Below the pieces are notes generated by a model. It was not told the origin of the DNA, did no database searches, and worked only from the letters and a program-made list of their open reading frames with translations. Of a stretch of DNA of 51,949 bases, positions 50,796 to 51,949 are shown in pieces. How positions within the stretch are numbered: the first letter of the stretch is position 1; every line of letters begins with the position of its first letter. Position numbers and translations under genes: made by a program. Source of the stretch: an uncultured Clostridia bacterium. GTDB taxonomy: Bacteria; Bacillota; Clostridia; Christensenellales; Borkfalkiaceae. Location: NCBI GenBank assembly GCA_947629695.1, contig CANREQ010000001.1, forward strand, positions 1-51,949. Reading direction: 5' to 3'.

Positions 50796-51949
50796 ATGAA
50801 ATTACCCGAAATGTTTGGTGAAAACGTGTTCAACGAAGCGGTGCAAAAGGAGACTTTGCCCAGCGAGGTATACAAGGCCCTGCGCGCGACGATAGAGGCT
50901 GGAAAACAGCTCGACGTGTCGATTGCGGGCACCGTCGCCTCGGCGATGAAGAAGTGGGCGGTCTCCAAGGGCGCGACTCACTATACCGATTGGTTCCAGC
51001 CCTTGACCGGCCTCACCGCCGAAAAACACGACAGCTTTATAGAGCCCGAGGGAGACAGAGCTATCATGCGCCTTTCGGGCAAGAGCCTGATCGTCGGCGA
51101 GCCCGACGCTTCAAGCTTCCCTTCGGGCGGCTCCCGCGCAACTTACATGGCGCGCGGTTACACCGCTTGGGACCCCACGTCCCCCGCGTTCGTGAAGGAG
51201 GGCACCCTTTACATACCCACGATATTCATTTCCTACACCGGCGAAACGCTTGACAACAAAGCGCCCCTTCTGCGCTCGATGACCGCGCTCGACAAACAGG
51301 CAAAGCGCATACTTGCGCTGTTCGGGATAAATTGCAAAAAGGTCGCCACGACGGTGGGACCCGAGCAGGAGTATTTCCTTATAGACGAAGAGGAGTATTT
51401 AAAGCGCAAAGATTTGATTTTGACGGGCCGCACGCTTTTCGGTGCGCCCGCGCCCCGCGGACAGGAGCTGGAAGATCACTACTTCGGCGCAATCAAAACG
51501 CGCGTGGGGGAGTTCATGCGCGACCTCGATAAAGAACTCTGGAGCTACGGCATCTATTCCAAGACAAAGCACAACGAAGTCGCCCCCGCCCAGCACGAAA
51601 TGGCGCCCATATTCGGCACGACCAACGTCGCCGTTGACGCCAATATGCTCACGATGGAGATAATGAAGAAAGTGGCCCAGCGCCACCATCTCGTATGTCT
51701 GTTGCATGAAAAGCCCTTCGAGGGAATAAACGGAAGCGGCAAGCACAACAATTGGTCGATGTCCACGGATACGGGCCTAAACTTATTGGACCCCGGCCCC
51801 TCGCCCGAAAAGAACACCCTTTTCAAACTCGTCCTCGCGGCGGTAATAAGGGCGGTGGACGATTATCAGGGAATTTTGCGCGCTTCCGTAGCCTCTGCGG
51901 GTAACGACCACAGGCTGGGCGCAAACGAAGCGCCTCCCGCTATAATTTC
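50796..51949 (+). CDS. glnA: glutamine synthetase type III, 5' part (runs off the window)
   Basis: My manual translation from the ATG at 50796 (AAAGGAG RBS) gives [13 protein letters not shown]...[11 protein letters not shown]...[19 protein letters not shown]...[15 protein letters not shown]. There is no stop before the window end. Confidence 0.85.
   Translation, partial: MKLPEMFGENVFNEAVQKETLPSEVYKALRATIEAGKQLDVSIAGTVASAMKKWAVSKGATHYTDWFQPLTGLTAEKHDSFIEPEGDRAIMRLSGKSLIVGEPDASSFPSGGSRATYMARGYTAWDPTSPAFVKEGTLYIPTIFISYTGETLDNKAPLLRSMTALDKQAKRILALFGINCKKVATTVGPEQEYFLIDEEEYLKRKDLILTGRTLFGAPAPRGQELEDHYFGAIKTRVGEFMRDLDKELWSYGIYSKTKHNEVAPAQHEMAPIFGTTNVAVDANMLTMEIMKKVAQRHHLVCLLHEKPFEGINGSGKHNNWSMSTDTGLNLLDPGPSPEKNTLFKLVLAAVIRAVDDYQGILRASVASAGNDHRLGANEAPPAII

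Overview
This 51.9-kb chromosomal window appears to come from an anaerobic, spore-forming Firmicute (Clostridia-like). Evidence: mid-50s %G+C by eye, T-box and L-box leaders, CotF-like coat proteins, a YlbJ-like protein, rubrerythrin and a type III glutamine synthetase. About 85-90% is tightly packed housekeeping. The gene order is: pgk-tpiA; tyrA-DUF1934-MBL hydrolase-rho-obg-yhbY; a fused nadD::yqeK followed by rsfS; L-box-asd-dapA-dapB; hslO; apgM-type mutase; ung; a PfkB-family kinase; bioY; alr through pheA as one overlapping gene chain (5-FCL, rsmD, coaD, DAHP synthase); ylbJ/patatin; rarA; T-box-aspS-gatCAB; rubrerythrin; a ttcA-like gene; and the 5' part of glnA (type III). I saw no rRNA, tRNA, CRISPR array, transposase, integrase, reverse transcriptase or recognisable defence gene. 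The only accessory-looking segment is about 19.98-27.25 kb. It holds a CotF-like gene pair and a roughly 1.9-kb stretch with no credible CDS, packed with nested palindromic repeat families. Some of those repeats recur 18 kb away and show compensatory stem changes. Embedded in the stretch is an AT-rich cassette with two convergent near-consensus promoters, a 34-codon sORF with a strong SD, a shared bidirectional terminator and a candidate antisense sRNA. Next come phased A-tracts, a promoter and a nested-hairpin leader ending in an intrinsic terminator. That leader precedes a 1539-aa, compositionally atypical, Cys-rich repeat surface protein. I regard the sORF/sRNA cassette, the repeat families and the orphan leader as the best candidates for something undescribed. 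All functional readings of them are inference from sequence only.
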